Source: Parcubacteria group bacterium Greene1014_15 (GTDB lineage: Bacteria; Patescibacteriota; Minisyncoccia; Phycocordibacterales; VMGT01). Taken from it: 64,000 bases of DNA. The notes beneath the pieces were generated by a model. The model did no database searches. It had not been told where the DNA came from and worked only from the letters and a program-made list of their open reading frames with translations. Below are positions 38,501-47,418 of the stretch, one piece after another (the first letter of the stretch is position 1; each line of letters begins with the position of its first letter). Location of the stretch: assembly GCA_007376725.1 (NCBI GenBank), contig VMGT01000003.1:4470-68469 (forward strand). Direction: 5' to 3'. The translations under genes and the position numbers were made by a program.

Positions 38501-40792
38501 TGCGATATTCGAAATAGTTGAAGTATTGCTGCTTTCATCAGCTGTCTTGAGGACAAAGTAGTAACCTGTTCCCGACGTAAGACTGCCGATAGTAAAAGAT
38601 TCCGATAAACCCGCCGCTTGCGGCGTTGGTTCTCCGGAAGCTGCCGTTGCGGAGGCCCAGTTTGATTCAGTAATTGCAGATGTCGAGTAGCGCACATCAT
38701 AACTTGTCGCGGCGCCTGTATTTCCATCATCACCGGGCGCTGTCCATATCAGTTTGATCGAAGCAGAACCCTGTGCTGAAGCGGAGAGATTTGTTACGGC
38801 GGCAGGCGCAGTCGTGTCTGCTGCCGCCGTTGGTGTGACGCATGAAGCTGCCGAATACGCAGACTCATTGCCGACCGCATCGCGCGCTTTGACTTTATAG
38901 CAGTACTGTGTTCCCGTCGTAAGTCCTGAATCAACATACTCTTTATTTCCTTGCCATGCAGTCGAATCAGTAGCTCCTGCGGCGCCTGTGGTTTCATCAA
39001 ACCAATACGCAGTCGCATGAACACCTGAAGAAGCGTCCGTCGAGCTTGCGGCGGTTGCCGTCACTTGTGTCGCAGAGTCGGCATTCGTGGATGCAATAGA
39101 AACATTCATTGGAGCTGTCGCATCAATACCAGTGCTTATTGAGCTTTGGGGGGCAGCGGTGACGCCGACCGCACTTCCACCGTCAGACTGATCGTCAGCT
39201 GTTATTGTCCAAGCAGTCAAAGCATCATCAATCGAAGCGGCATCAAAAATAACCGTAAATGCTTTGTTTTCGCCAGCGATTATGCTTCCTCCTGTAAATG
39301 TCACTGCAGAGGCGCTCGCGGACGAACTCCAACCGCTTGCTGACCCTCCCGTGCTTGTGTAGCTGCTCGATGGCCGCGTAAAACGCACCCACTGTATTGC
39401 CGCAGAAGACCCACTGTCGTTTGTAACAGTAAAAGTGATATTTTTGCTTGTTTGTCCTCCTTTTATCCACGACGTGTCTACTGAACCAGTGGACGTAATT
39501 GGTTCGACAAGCGTGTAGGTGACAGTTACTGAAGAGACCGTGGGCGAGTAGTTCGCACTATCAGATGTATAAGATATTTTGTACTGGAAATAGCGATTGT
39601 TTGCTACGCTCACAGCTTGGCCGCCGGGAGTTGTAAAACTTGTCCCACTCGTTCCATCGGGACCAACAAAGCTTCCCGTCGGCGGGTTTGTAGAGCCTGA
39701 ACGCACTTGATACGTCACATCTGCTGAAACGGAAAACGCAACAATGCCCGCTATGTTGCCATTGCCGCCATTTATATCTGTGCCAATTTTTGTCCAGCTT
39801 GCACCACCATTTGTGGATTTCCAAATATCCTCGTCTTCTTCGGCGATATACAAGTCGCCGCTCCCATCTCCTGTAATTTTTAAACCGCTTTGGCCTTCAG
39901 AACTATTGTAATCTGTGGCAACTTTTGTCCAGTTCGCGCCATCATTTGTTGACTTCCATATCGCTTGATCATCAAGAATATATATATTTCCACTACTATC
40001 TGCGGCGATCCCAGTCGTGTTTCCATTGCCGTCGGTACTGTTATAATCGGTATTTTGATTTGTCCAATTTATTCCACCGTCGGTCGATATCCAAACATCA
40101 GCTCCCGCATCAACCGTAAAAAGTTTTGTGCCGGCGTGCGTTGCTCCTTTTATGGTACCTCCGTTGCCATTGAAATCGGTGTTGACGCGCGTAAAATTTA
40201 CTCCGCCGTCGGTGGACTTCCAAACAGCTTCAGCAGAATTGAAAATATAGATCGAGCTATTGCTGTCCGTCGTTATTTCAACAGCGTTCTGGTTGCCTGA
40301 TGTATTGTAATCGGTCGTCGTTTGTGTCCAACTCACGCCGCGGTTGCTCGAAGACCACACTGTTTGTTTGTGTGCAATATATAAAATTCCATTATTGTCT
40401 ACAGCCATTCCATCTGCACCATTATTATTTGCAGCGTTATAATCATCTTTTGCAATTCTCCATGTGGCGCCTGCTCCGATCGAGTTGTATACATCGGCTG
40501 CTACATCAACGGTAACAATTTCAACCGTGCCGATTCCTTCACTCCACGCAAGCGTATCGAAACGTGGTATGTTGGTTGTACCGCCATCAAGCACTTGCGA
40601 TATAAATGAACCTGATATATTTCCTGCCATCATTTGCACATTGTCGGTATTCCAAACAGTGCTACTATGCGTTCCCGCATCAAACTCGCTTTGTGTATCT
40701 TCGACAAACGTTGCAGCAAAAACAAGGCGCGGCGGCGGAAGAAGCGACGCGAGTAGTGCAACAACAAGGAACACGACCAGAAATCGCTGCAT
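35594..40792 (-). CDS. 1732-aa surface protein: Asp-box/BNR propeller, multiple FN3 domains, baseplate-J-like insert, Ig domains, C-terminal thioredoxin-like fold lacking CxxC
   Basis: Signal peptide; repeated W.S.DGG..W; YHYRVRSRDASGN; APLFSLPD..WATWSPHA..LPQHFFIDRKG. Confidence 0.82.
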   Translation of the reverse strand: MQRFLVVFLVVALLASLLPPPRLVFAATFVEDTQSEFDAGTHSSTVWNTDNVQMMAGNISGSFISQVLDGGTTNIPRFDTLAWSEGIGTVEIVTVDVAADVYNSIGAGATWRIAKDDYNAANNNGADGMAVDNNGILYIAHKQTVWSSSNRGVSWTQTTTDYNTSGNQNAVEITTDSNSSIYIFNSAEAVWKSTDGGVNFTRVNTDFNGNGGTIKGATHAGTKLFTVDAGADVWISTDGGINWTNQNTDYNSTDGNGNTTGIAADSSGNIYILDDQAIWKSTNDGANWTKVATDYNSSEGQSGLKITGDGSGDLYIAEEDEDIWKSTNGGASWTKIGTDINGGNGNIAGIVAFSVSADVTYQVRSGSTNPPTGSFVGPDGTSGTSFTTPGGQAVSVANNRYFQYKISYTSDSANYSPTVSSVTVTYTLVEPITSTGSVDTSWIKGGQTSKNITFTVTNDSGSSAAIQWVRFTRPSSSYTSTGGSASGWSSSASASAVTFTGGSIIAGENKAFTVIFDAASIDDALTAWTITADDQSDGGSAVGVTAAPQSSISTGIDATAPMNVSIASTNADSATQVTATAASSTDASSGVHATAYWFDETTGAAGATDSTAWQGNKEYVDSGLTTGTQYCYKVKARDAVGNESAYSAASCVTPTAAADTTAPAAVTNLSASAQGSASIKLIWTAPGDDGNTGAATSYDVRYSTSAITESNWASATAASGEPTPQAAGLSESFTIGSLTSGTGYYFVLKTADESSNTSTISNIAGATTTAVSTDTSSPIISSVGASNITSIGVTISWTTNEIADAEVEFGSTASYGQSTTETSLLTSHTINLSNLSPGVTYHYRVRSRDASGNLATTGDSTFTLNTVSVSGTAPAGGASDTSGPIISDIIASSTYRTVIITWKTQESATARVELGKTSSYGTTTKETQFYANEHSLYIENLEPETEYHFRVISADLLNNSTMSPDQKFKTAKAPEALPPPLPPAPPPPLITEISVVSVRPTSARITWKTDLLSSSQIFFGTKPKEYTIISREFSSLVQEHDRTLADLLPGTTYYFQIVVKNERGIESRSEEGTFTTETIEIQTIIQIQKPNALPPGSPGTQTPLTVAGETTVTVSITSTDGDITAPEVTLFEFDENPTENVSPIIRGKAKDALGVIESIAYSSDAGVSWHPIGDVTGIGSSAAIFTTKIPNLRDGNYPILFRARDNSENLGLSNSRILIVDIKPPATGANIFLMGSQSIIPSEFGTIETLAGITQRFVTTAIGGATAVSLIAKKIDTSASSTPVRTHALLPGQNMRARGRIKITNTSAEAIRLIKKTRFASEKNVIYRIDEEITIPAATTDASGSTLPGSIEADVVADSDGEEFILKTGILTVPGLKDTDLFTQISATVLLPITVAEPQETSSSDQIEFPLVYSKAQDVWFGDILLPNAGKYETYVFAIDGAHRESLRSMNEIHVSSSGKILESKNQNPIAGVRVTVWEYSTETKEYQVWPGDIFNQANPQITGEKGEYRFILPPGKYYLKIEGDTYQSLYSGIFSLSEHRSINNSFSLRKKSSIASFSVPFIRKRISLPSLPDFQSKGVGGRENVIANPPKVISQLIGKTAPLFSLPDATTKNPVDIRYLRGKKTILSTWATWSPHAQIQIPILDAIARADNDNIRILLVSMQQSSGVVETYLRRGNYSVPSVVDTEGKITAIYPIFSLPQHFFIDRKGIIREVHIGFMNEETVKEKLSKL

Positions 40793-40925
40793 GTATATCT
40801 GATTTTACAAAAGTACTTGTAAAAATACGAATGTTTTATACACATTCTGATTGAGATTTTCAGTTTTTTCTTGATATATTTAATAAGTACGTTTCAAAAC
40901 GAATTTTTAAAATATCACCACGGCA

Positions 40926-42134
40926 ATGACAACTGATACAACTCTTACAAAAACCGATCTTCTTGAAAACATTGCAAATCTTGCTCCCGTTCTTGCAAGT
41001 ATTCATGAGTCGGTTATCGTCACCAATACTTTGGGAGAAATTCTTCTTGCAAATGCACCCACTGAAATTATTACGGGGTATATGCCGCATGAGCTTATTG
41101 GGAAGAATATAGAGGAAACAATACGCTTTGTCGGGAAAAATCAGGCTGCTGATTTCTCATGGTATCTTCGTGAGTCGCTTACGGGCGATCGTTCAATCCG
41201 ATTACCCGAAGGCACTTCGCTTCTACAGCTTCGCGGCGGCTTGCTTCCTGTCGACGCAACAACGACCCCGCTCTACGGAGAAGACGGCAATTTTGCAGGC
41301 GTCGTAATTGTTGTACGGGATATTCGTGACGAGATAAAAGTACGACGAAGACAGTACGAATTTCTCTCATTTGTCTCGCACCAGCTTAGGCAGCCATTCG
41401 GCACGATTCGGTGGGGCCTCGAGCTCATTCAACAAGAAGGGGATAATCTTACCGAGGAACATAAGGAAATGCTCGACGATCTTCTTAAACTTTCTGTTCG
41501 TTTTGCTAATTTCGTCAACGAGCTCGTTGATGTCGCACGCTTTGAAGAAGGTAAATTCAAGCTCAAACAAGAGACGATTGATCTGCGGAAAATTACAAGA
41601 GAGGTTGGTGATGAGCTCAAGGGTCTTGCGGTCAGTCAAAATATTTCTCTTCATTTATTTGAAAACACACCTCAAGGCATTTCGACAACCGTTACTGGAG
41701 ATAACAATAGATTTCACGATGTTTTTCAAAACCTCATGGTGAATGCGATTCGATATAATAACCCTCGAGGCGCCGTGACTGTTGAAGCGGCAGATGCCAC
41801 ACCAAACGAAATTCGCGCTCTAGCGCAAAAATCACGGCACAGTGTTGGTATCGAGGAGTATTTGCAGGCAACTGACAAAGAAATAAAAACTTTTTTACTT
41901 ATCAGTATAAGCGACACTGGTCTCGGAATTCCGGAAGATCAGCAAGCCGACATGTTCAACAATTTTTTCCGTGGTAGAAATGTAGAACAGAAAGGAATAA
42001 CCGGCACCGGGCTGGGGCTTTTCATCATAAAGATCATCATCGAAGGCACGAGTGGGCGCATATTTTTCACCTCCAAAGAAAATGTTGGAACAACTTTTTA
42101 TATCGTGTTGCAGCATAACAACGAACTTACATGA
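40926..42134 (+). CDS. Soluble PAS histidine kinase
   Basis: PAS/PAC, SHQLRQP, NAIRYN, DTGLGIP, GTGLGL. Confidence 0.92.
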   Translation: MTTDTTLTKTDLLENIANLAPVLASIHESVIVTNTLGEILLANAPTEIITGYMPHELIGKNIEETIRFVGKNQAADFSWYLRESLTGDRSIRLPEGTSLLQLRGGLLPVDATTTPLYGEDGNFAGVVIVVRDIRDEIKVRRRQYEFLSFVSHQLRQPFGTIRWGLELIQQEGDNLTEEHKEMLDDLLKLSVRFANFVNELVDVARFEEGKFKLKQETIDLRKITREVGDELKGLAVSQNISLHLFENTPQGISTTVTGDNNRFHDVFQNLMVNAIRYNNPRGAVTVEAADATPNEIRALAQKSRHSVGIEEYLQATDKEIKTFLLISISDTGLGIPEDQQADMFNNFFRGRNVEQKGITGTGLGLFIIKIIIEGTSGRIFFTSKENVGTTFYIVLQHNNELT

Positions 42135-42943
42135 AAAAAATTCTTGTAATAGAAGATAATGCAATTATTGTGCGGATATTGCAGCAGCGCATGCCGAATC
42201 TGGAATTTTCCATAGCGGTGCATCCTGCCGAGAGTGTCACAAAAGCAACTGAAGAAAAACCCGATCTCATCTTGCTTGATCTTATGCTGCCGGAACGAAG
42301 CGGGTTTGATATTTTGCGCGATCTGCAAGAAAAGAAAGAAACTAAAAAAATTCCGATTATCGTCATGTCGGCACTTGGGAGCGAAGAAGATATCGAACGG
42401 GCAACAAAATTGGGCGCCTTGGACTATATTGTCAAGGGTATGGAGTCAATAGACACCGTTGTGGAGAAGCTCAAAAAAGTTCTCGGGGAAGAACTGATTA
42501 AAAAATCACCAACATCTCACCGTCAAATTTCCCAAAAAACAAAGCTGACAAAAAAAGAAACGGATACCGGGAGGAAAAAGAAGGTGCTTTTCGTTGAAGA
42601 CGATTTGTTTCTGGTCCACGCGTACCAGGATATTCTTGAAGAAGATCGTTCCATACTTGTTTGGATTGCGCAAGATGGCGATGAGGCTATCGCGTATTTG
42701 AAAAAACAGCCTCCCGATCTCGTGCTCCTTGATCTCCTGCTGCCGGGCAAGTCTGGTTTCGAAGTGCTTGCGGCAATTCGAAAACATCCTGTGTGGAAAT
42801 CAGTTCCGGTTATAATTCTCTCGAATCTCGGTCAACCGCAAGATGTGGAGAAAGCTATGAAACTCGGGGTTACGGATTATATCATCAAAGCAAATACCAA
42901 GATAAGCGATGTCGCCGCCCGTATTGAGAAATTCTTGACTTAA
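42131..42943 (+). CDS. Tandem double-receiver response regulator
   Basis: Two REC domains (LLDLMLP, LLDLLLP) joined by a Lys-rich linker; no output domain. Confidence 0.9.
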   Translation: MKKILVIEDNAIIVRILQQRMPNLEFSIAVHPAESVTKATEEKPDLILLDLMLPERSGFDILRDLQEKKETKKIPIIVMSALGSEEDIERATKLGALDYIVKGMESIDTVVEKLKKVLGEELIKKSPTSHRQISQKTKLTKKETDTGRKKKVLFVEDDLFLVHAYQDILEEDRSILVWIAQDGDEAIAYLKKQPPDLVLLDLLLPGKSGFEVLAAIRKHPVWKSVPVIILSNLGQPQDVEKAMKLGVTDYIIKANTKISDVAARIEKFLT

Positions 42944-43010
42944 GGCATCAATTGTTATATAGAAAAGCTAGAGGTTCTAACACAAAACTATGCCTTGACG
43001 GAGAAATTGA

Positions 43011-43658
43011 ATGGCCGGACCGTTTGCGAACACTGGAGAAATTAAAAAAGCGATTTTAAGAATACTCTTCAGTAATTGTGGGGGCGGACGCCCTAAAGTA
43101 GGAGCTATTATTAGACTCCTTGTCTATATGCGTGACGAACTACGTTGCGTCTATTGCAGAATCGATTGCTCCGGTAAGAGTGATACACTTACACTCGACC
43201 ATATTATTCCCGCAAGCAAGGGCGGAGGATCACATCTCGACAACCTTGCAACAAGCTGTAAGAACTGCAATAAAGGGAAAAGGGATTCACTTGTCGACAC
43301 TACAGCGCGCGCAACTATACAAACCTTTATTTGGCAAGCAAATAAACGATTTCTGAAACACCTTGATTTTGAACAAGATGCGCAAGAAATACTCGATGCT
43401 GTTTTGGCATCTGTTGAAAATGCAAAAAAAGTTCTTGTTTTTTGGAATGGCCAGCAGCACATTGTGCTCGAGTGGAGCAACTGTTTCGTGCTCAAAAACG
43501 CACATACTGAAGAGAACATAAAAATCTATCCTGCAACAAATCAAAGCACCATTCAAAAAGAAAATCCTGAAAACAAAAAGAAGCGGTCGAGCGCGTATGA
43601 GCGATTAGAAAAAATCATGCACTTGCTGCACGTAACGCCGCAGGACATCAATCGCTAA
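43011..43658 (+). CDS. HNH endonuclease with an uncharacterised C-terminal extension
   Basis: RD..RCVYC..TLDHIIP.SKGG...DNL..SCKNCNKGK; GGAG SD. Confidence 0.88.
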   Translation: MAGPFANTGEIKKAILRILFSNCGGGRPKVGAIIRLLVYMRDELRCVYCRIDCSGKSDTLTLDHIIPASKGGGSHLDNLATSCKNCNKGKRDSLVDTTARATIQTFIWQANKRFLKHLDFEQDAQEILDAVLASVENAKKVLVFWNGQQHIVLEWSNCFVLKNAHTEENIKIYPATNQSTIQKENPENKKKRSSAYERLEKIMHLLHVTPQDINR

Positions 43659-43665
43659 AAAGCAC

Positions 43666-43701
43666 ATGCCCGTCAAATACATACGTGTATTTGACGGGCA
43701 T
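43666..43701. terminator. Hairpin between convergent genes
   Basis: ATGCCCGTCAAATAC..GTATTTGACGGGCAT. Confidence 0.7.
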
Positions 43702-43705
43702 TTAG

Positions 43706-44950
43706 TTACAGCGAATCGAGCGCTTGATCGAGATCTGCAATAATATCTTGAAAGTTTTCAGTTCCGACGGACAAGCGAATCAAGTTATTTGAAATCCCCA
43801 TTCGTTTACGTTCTTTAGTTTCAATTCCTGAATGTGTCGTCATGCCGGGGTGACATGCAAGCGAGTGTGTTGCACCAAGGCTCACCGCAAGCATGATCAT
43901 GCGCAGCTTATTGAGAAATTTTCGCGCCGCCTTGAGTCCACCTATAACCTCGAACGCTATCATACCGCTCGTACCGCATGACTGTTTCTGGTGGATACGA
44001 AACTGTTCGCTGTTCACATCAAGCAATCCGAGAAAGCGAAGATTCTGAACTTTAGAATGCTTCGAGAGAAACCAGGCAACCTGTTTTGCATTCTCGCAGT
44101 GCCTTTCCATCCGCATTGCGAGTGTCTCAAGACTTTTTGAAAGACGAACGGCGCGTTGTGCGTCGATAGTACCTCCCCGTTGGCTGCGAAGCGCACGTAT
44201 GGGAGCGAGGTATCTCTTCTCGCCCAATAGTAAGCCTGCGACTAAATCTCCGTGTCCCCCCAAATACTTTGTTGCTGAATGAATTTCGATATGCGCACCT
44301 TGCAAAAGAGGTTTTTGTAAATAGGGCGTCATAAATGTGTTGTCAACAGCAACAAGTGTTTGCAGTCCGTCACTGCGCTCTCGCGTATGTGCGGCTGCAA
44401 AAGCGGCGCATTCCTCGATATCGACTTCCTCGAGCGTCGGATTTGTCGGTGACTCAAGGAAAATAAGTTTGAGTGCGTCTGAAATGGGGTCGAACTTCTT
44501 CAGTTCCTTTGCAGACTTAAATGACCGCAACAAAATCCCGTATCTTTTCTCGAGCCACTTAAGGTGGCCAAATGTTCCTCCGTAGAGCGGTTCATTGAAT
44601 AATACGAGATCGCCTGGCCTAAGATACGCGTCGAGCGTCAAAGCTATCGCCTCCATACCACTGCAGGTGAGAATGCTTTCGGGCTCTTGCAGACTGTCAT
44701 AGAAGACTTTGGCATATCGTCCTTCTGAAACCTCTACGTTTGGTTGCGCAAGCCTACTGTAAACGAGCTCGCCTTTCTTACCGCTCCGCAGATGGGCAAA
44801 TTTTCTTTCGAGCCCTTCGGCACTTTTTGCGATATAACTCGTCGAGTCGATAGTGGGCATAACCGCAGCATATTCAGAGAGGCGCGGTATATATCCGTAA
44901 TGTACCGCGTTTGATTCAGGCTGCATTTTAGGCAACGAATTCTTGTCCAT
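43706..44950 (-). CDS. Trans-sulfuration PLP enzyme (methionine gamma-lyase / cystathionine gamma-synthase family)
   Basis: YSR..QP, SGMEAI, ESPTNPT, VDNTF, HSATKYLGGHGD, AVSLG, IRLSVGTE. Confidence 0.9.
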   Translation of the reverse strand: MDKNSLPKMQPESNAVHYGYIPRLSEYAAVMPTIDSTSYIAKSAEGLERKFAHLRSGKKGELVYSRLAQPNVEVSEGRYAKVFYDSLQEPESILTCSGMEAIALTLDAYLRPGDLVLFNEPLYGGTFGHLKWLEKRYGILLRSFKSAKELKKFDPISDALKLIFLESPTNPTLEEVDIEECAAFAAAHTRERSDGLQTLVAVDNTFMTPYLQKPLLQGAHIEIHSATKYLGGHGDLVAGLLLGEKRYLAPIRALRSQRGGTIDAQRAVRLSKSLETLAMRMERHCENAKQVAWFLSKHSKVQNLRFLGLLDVNSEQFRIHQKQSCGTSGMIAFEVIGGLKAARKFLNKLRMIMLAVSLGATHSLACHPGMTTHSGIETKERKRMGISNNLIRLSVGTENFQDIIADLDQALDSL

Positions 44951-45036
44951 GTATCTGTCCTTTTTGCGTGCAAGTAAAACTTAGAAAAAACATGCCGAAG
45001 AGACTATACAACATATTCTACATTTTGAATAGGGAA

Positions 45037-45672
45037 TTACTTTTTACGTTTTTCTTGCAGACAATGCCGTACTTTTCTGACAGCATTATAAAAACGTTGG
45101 CGAATTTCTCGCAGTTTCAGATTTTCCAAATGACTCTGGCGTATTGTTGCTCCCATATACTCGATGCGTTCAAGAGTTTCCTCAAGAAGCGCCTCAAGAA
45201 CTCTATTCGGAAATACTTGCGCGTATATTCTATTATATGCAAGCCAGACGCCCATGGTTACCGTCGATGCAAACAACGTAATCACAATATCAAGTGTCGT
45301 ATCAAGTGCGCCTTTTTGAGCTTGTGCAGCGAGCGGACAGCACCATGGTTGGATAATCTGGTCCCATGCTGCTTCAATTCCTTCCCAAAAAACACCGCCG
45401 ACAATGAGCACCTGCCCGATAATATTTACCGCCAGAAAAATATGACCGGTAAAGTTGAAGGCGCCGTGGCATGCACGCCTCCGGTAGAGATATAACAAAT
45501 TGATGGATGCCGATATCCCAAAAAGCGCATGACCAAAAGAATCAAACCACCATTGCTTGTCAAAGAGCTCGAAATTGCCCCAGTGGCTATAGCCAAAAAC
45601 AAAAAAGAATGCCGCCCAATAGAGCACAATCAAACTCGTAACGACGGAGCGTCGGGATACTCTCTCCATCAT
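45037..45672 (-). CDS. Membrane protein with D..H / WE..E / DT..D motifs (putative metal-binding)
   Basis: WWFDSFGH, FWEGIE, DTTLDI; GGAGG SD before ATG 45672. Confidence 0.72.
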   Translation of the reverse strand: MMERVSRRSVVTSLIVLYWAAFFFVFGYSHWGNFELFDKQWWFDSFGHALFGISASINLLYLYRRRACHGAFNFTGHIFLAVNIIGQVLIVGGVFWEGIEAAWDQIIQPWCCPLAAQAQKGALDTTLDIVITLFASTVTMGVWLAYNRIYAQVFPNRVLEALLEETLERIEYMGATIRQSHLENLKLREIRQRFYNAVRKVRHCLQEKRKK

Positions 45673-45707
45673 ACCGCCTCCATATGACTGCGATTGCTCG
45701 TCACTAA

Positions 45708-45889
45708 GGCATCGTAAATAACTCACCGTACGCAACCATGAACTAAAAACAGAAGATTATCTATACTCGTCATTGCTATGCGGAGCCCGAAGCAATCCAG
45801 AGTATAATGGCAGAATCCTAGATTGCTTCGGGCTCCGCATAGCAATGACGGAAAAAATATTCATATTGCGTAAGGTGAGTTACGATGCC
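45708..45889. mobile_element. TAA-flanked MITE enclosing a REP hairpin
   Basis: TIRs GGCATCGTAA..ACTCACCGTACGCAA / TTGCGTAAGGTGAGTTACGATGCC; TAA on both sides. Confidence 0.75.
45768..45850. repeat. GTCATTGC..GCAATGAC REP-type palindrome
   Basis: CGTCATTGCTATGCGGAGCCCGAAGCAATC / GATTGCTTCGGGCTCCGCATAGCAATGACG. Confidence 0.8.
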
Positions 45890-45977
45890 TAAATCTGCCT
45901 GTAGTATACCGTGCAAACAGAATGGATGGCTATGCATTGATAGATGTCATAAAAGAGGGATATAATCGTTACACTAT

Positions 45978-46553
45978 ATGACGCGAGAAGAGCAGAATAT
46001 GGTTCTACTGATACAGCAGGCGAGGGGTGGCGACCAGGAAGCTTTTGGCAAACTGTATGCACTATATTTCACACCTATATACCGGTATGTATATGTGCGT
46101 ATTGGCGTTAAGCATGATGTTGACGACATTACACAAACAGTTTTTCTCAAGGCATGGCAAGCGATGGCGCGCTACGAAAACCAAGGCAAACCCTTTTTGG
46201 CCTGGCTTTTTACGATTGCGCGCAATACCGTCTACGACTACAGAAAAAAGAAGCGTGACATATTATTCGATGATACACCTATACGTGATGAGTCTATCTC
46301 TCTTTCACCGCGAAACGAGGAAAAAGAACTGTACGATGAACAGATCATTCTTGTGCGCAAAGCGCTCCTTGATCTTTCTCAAGATCAACAAGATGTGATT
46401 GCCTTACGTTTTATAGAAGGTCGGTCATATCGCGAGATTTCGAGCCTCATTGAAAAATCGCAAGATGCAGTGCGCGCCATCGCGTCACGCGGTCTGCGCG
46501 AGCTACGGAAAAAAATTGGACGACGCGTTTCAGATGAACCAGAGAAGTCATGA
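45978..46553 (+). CDS. ECF RNA polymerase sigma factor
   Basis: GDQEAFGKLY, DITQTVFLKAW, F.AWLFTIARN, region 4 LRFIEGRSYREIS. Confidence 0.92.
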   Translation: MTREEQNMVLLIQQARGGDQEAFGKLYALYFTPIYRYVYVRIGVKHDVDDITQTVFLKAWQAMARYENQGKPFLAWLFTIARNTVYDYRKKKRDILFDDTPIRDESISLSPRNEEKELYDEQIILVRKALLDLSQDQQDVIALRFIEGRSYREISSLIEKSQDAVRAIASRGLRELRKKIGRRVSDEPEKS

Positions 46554-47392
46554 ACTACTTACATAAACACAACCCCATAGGCGATGTCGACATGATTCGC
46601 ATTCTGCAACGTTTGGATGCCGGTGCGACAGTTGTCGAAATTCTCAAAGATTTACCTGAAGAAAATCGCGAGGAAGCGCGCGAGCTTCTGTATGTCATCA
46701 TGCTCCTTGATTCTGTCCGAGAACATCTTCCAGTCCCACACGAGCATTTTGAACACATTTTGCAGCGCCTTGACGATCCGATCCCGGGGCGCATTCCTGA
46801 AAAAGTTACAAAACACACGCATGAAAAAAAAGCTTCTGCCGAGCATATCGTTTCGCCAAAGGCGCCCAAGATATTTGTCATGCCACATATTCCGACGGTA
46901 TTTCATCTACAAAAATATTTCTTTCCTCTATCGACAGCTGTTGCTGTCGTGGTTCTTCTCGTTGTGAGCAGACAGTATGTTACGTCAGAACCAATCGGCA
47001 CAGATGCTGTTCTTTTTGAATTGAGCACAGAGTATCCCCTAGACACCTTTCCCGATGATGAAGTGATTCCATCGAGTGCAGTGAGCGCGCAAGAAACGGC
47101 GTCTATACCTGCTGAAACACTTCCGCATTTTGATATATTGACAGAAGCGCCCGTAGTTCCCACCACGCTCAATGCAGACAATGCCAATGCGGATCAAAAA
47201 CATGCCCTTTCTTCGAGAGGTGTTTCTTCCACACCGCAGGCGTCACGCGGAACCCTCTTTGATGAGAGTTTGGAGACAACACTTACTCCGCTCATAAAGA
47301 ACGAGTCGTCCGATGCATATGGCGTTTTCCCCGAAGATACTTTTTCCATATACTTACAAACACTTACAGATATACCCATTGATCATTATTAA
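46550..47392 (+). CDS. Single-TM protein, putative anti-sigma factor
   Basis: ATGA overlap with the ECF gene; cytoplasmic N-domain, one TM, acidic low-complexity C-terminus. Confidence 0.6.
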   Translation: MNYLHKHNPIGDVDMIRILQRLDAGATVVEILKDLPEENREEARELLYVIMLLDSVREHLPVPHEHFEHILQRLDDPIPGRIPEKVTKHTHEKKASAEHIVSPKAPKIFVMPHIPTVFHLQKYFFPLSTAVAVVVLLVVSRQYVTSEPIGTDAVLFELSTEYPLDTFPDDEVIPSSAVSAQETASIPAETLPHFDILTEAPVVPTTLNADNANADQKHALSSRGVSSTPQASRGTLFDESLETTLTPLIKNESSDAYGVFPEDTFSIYLQTLTDIPIDHY

Positions 47393-47418
47393 ATTAATAA
47401 CTAACAGCCCATGAGTCT

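Noticed and set aside
44968-45495. 175-aa + strand ORF
   Set aside because: Antisense to a motif-bearing membrane protein gene; no recognisable features.
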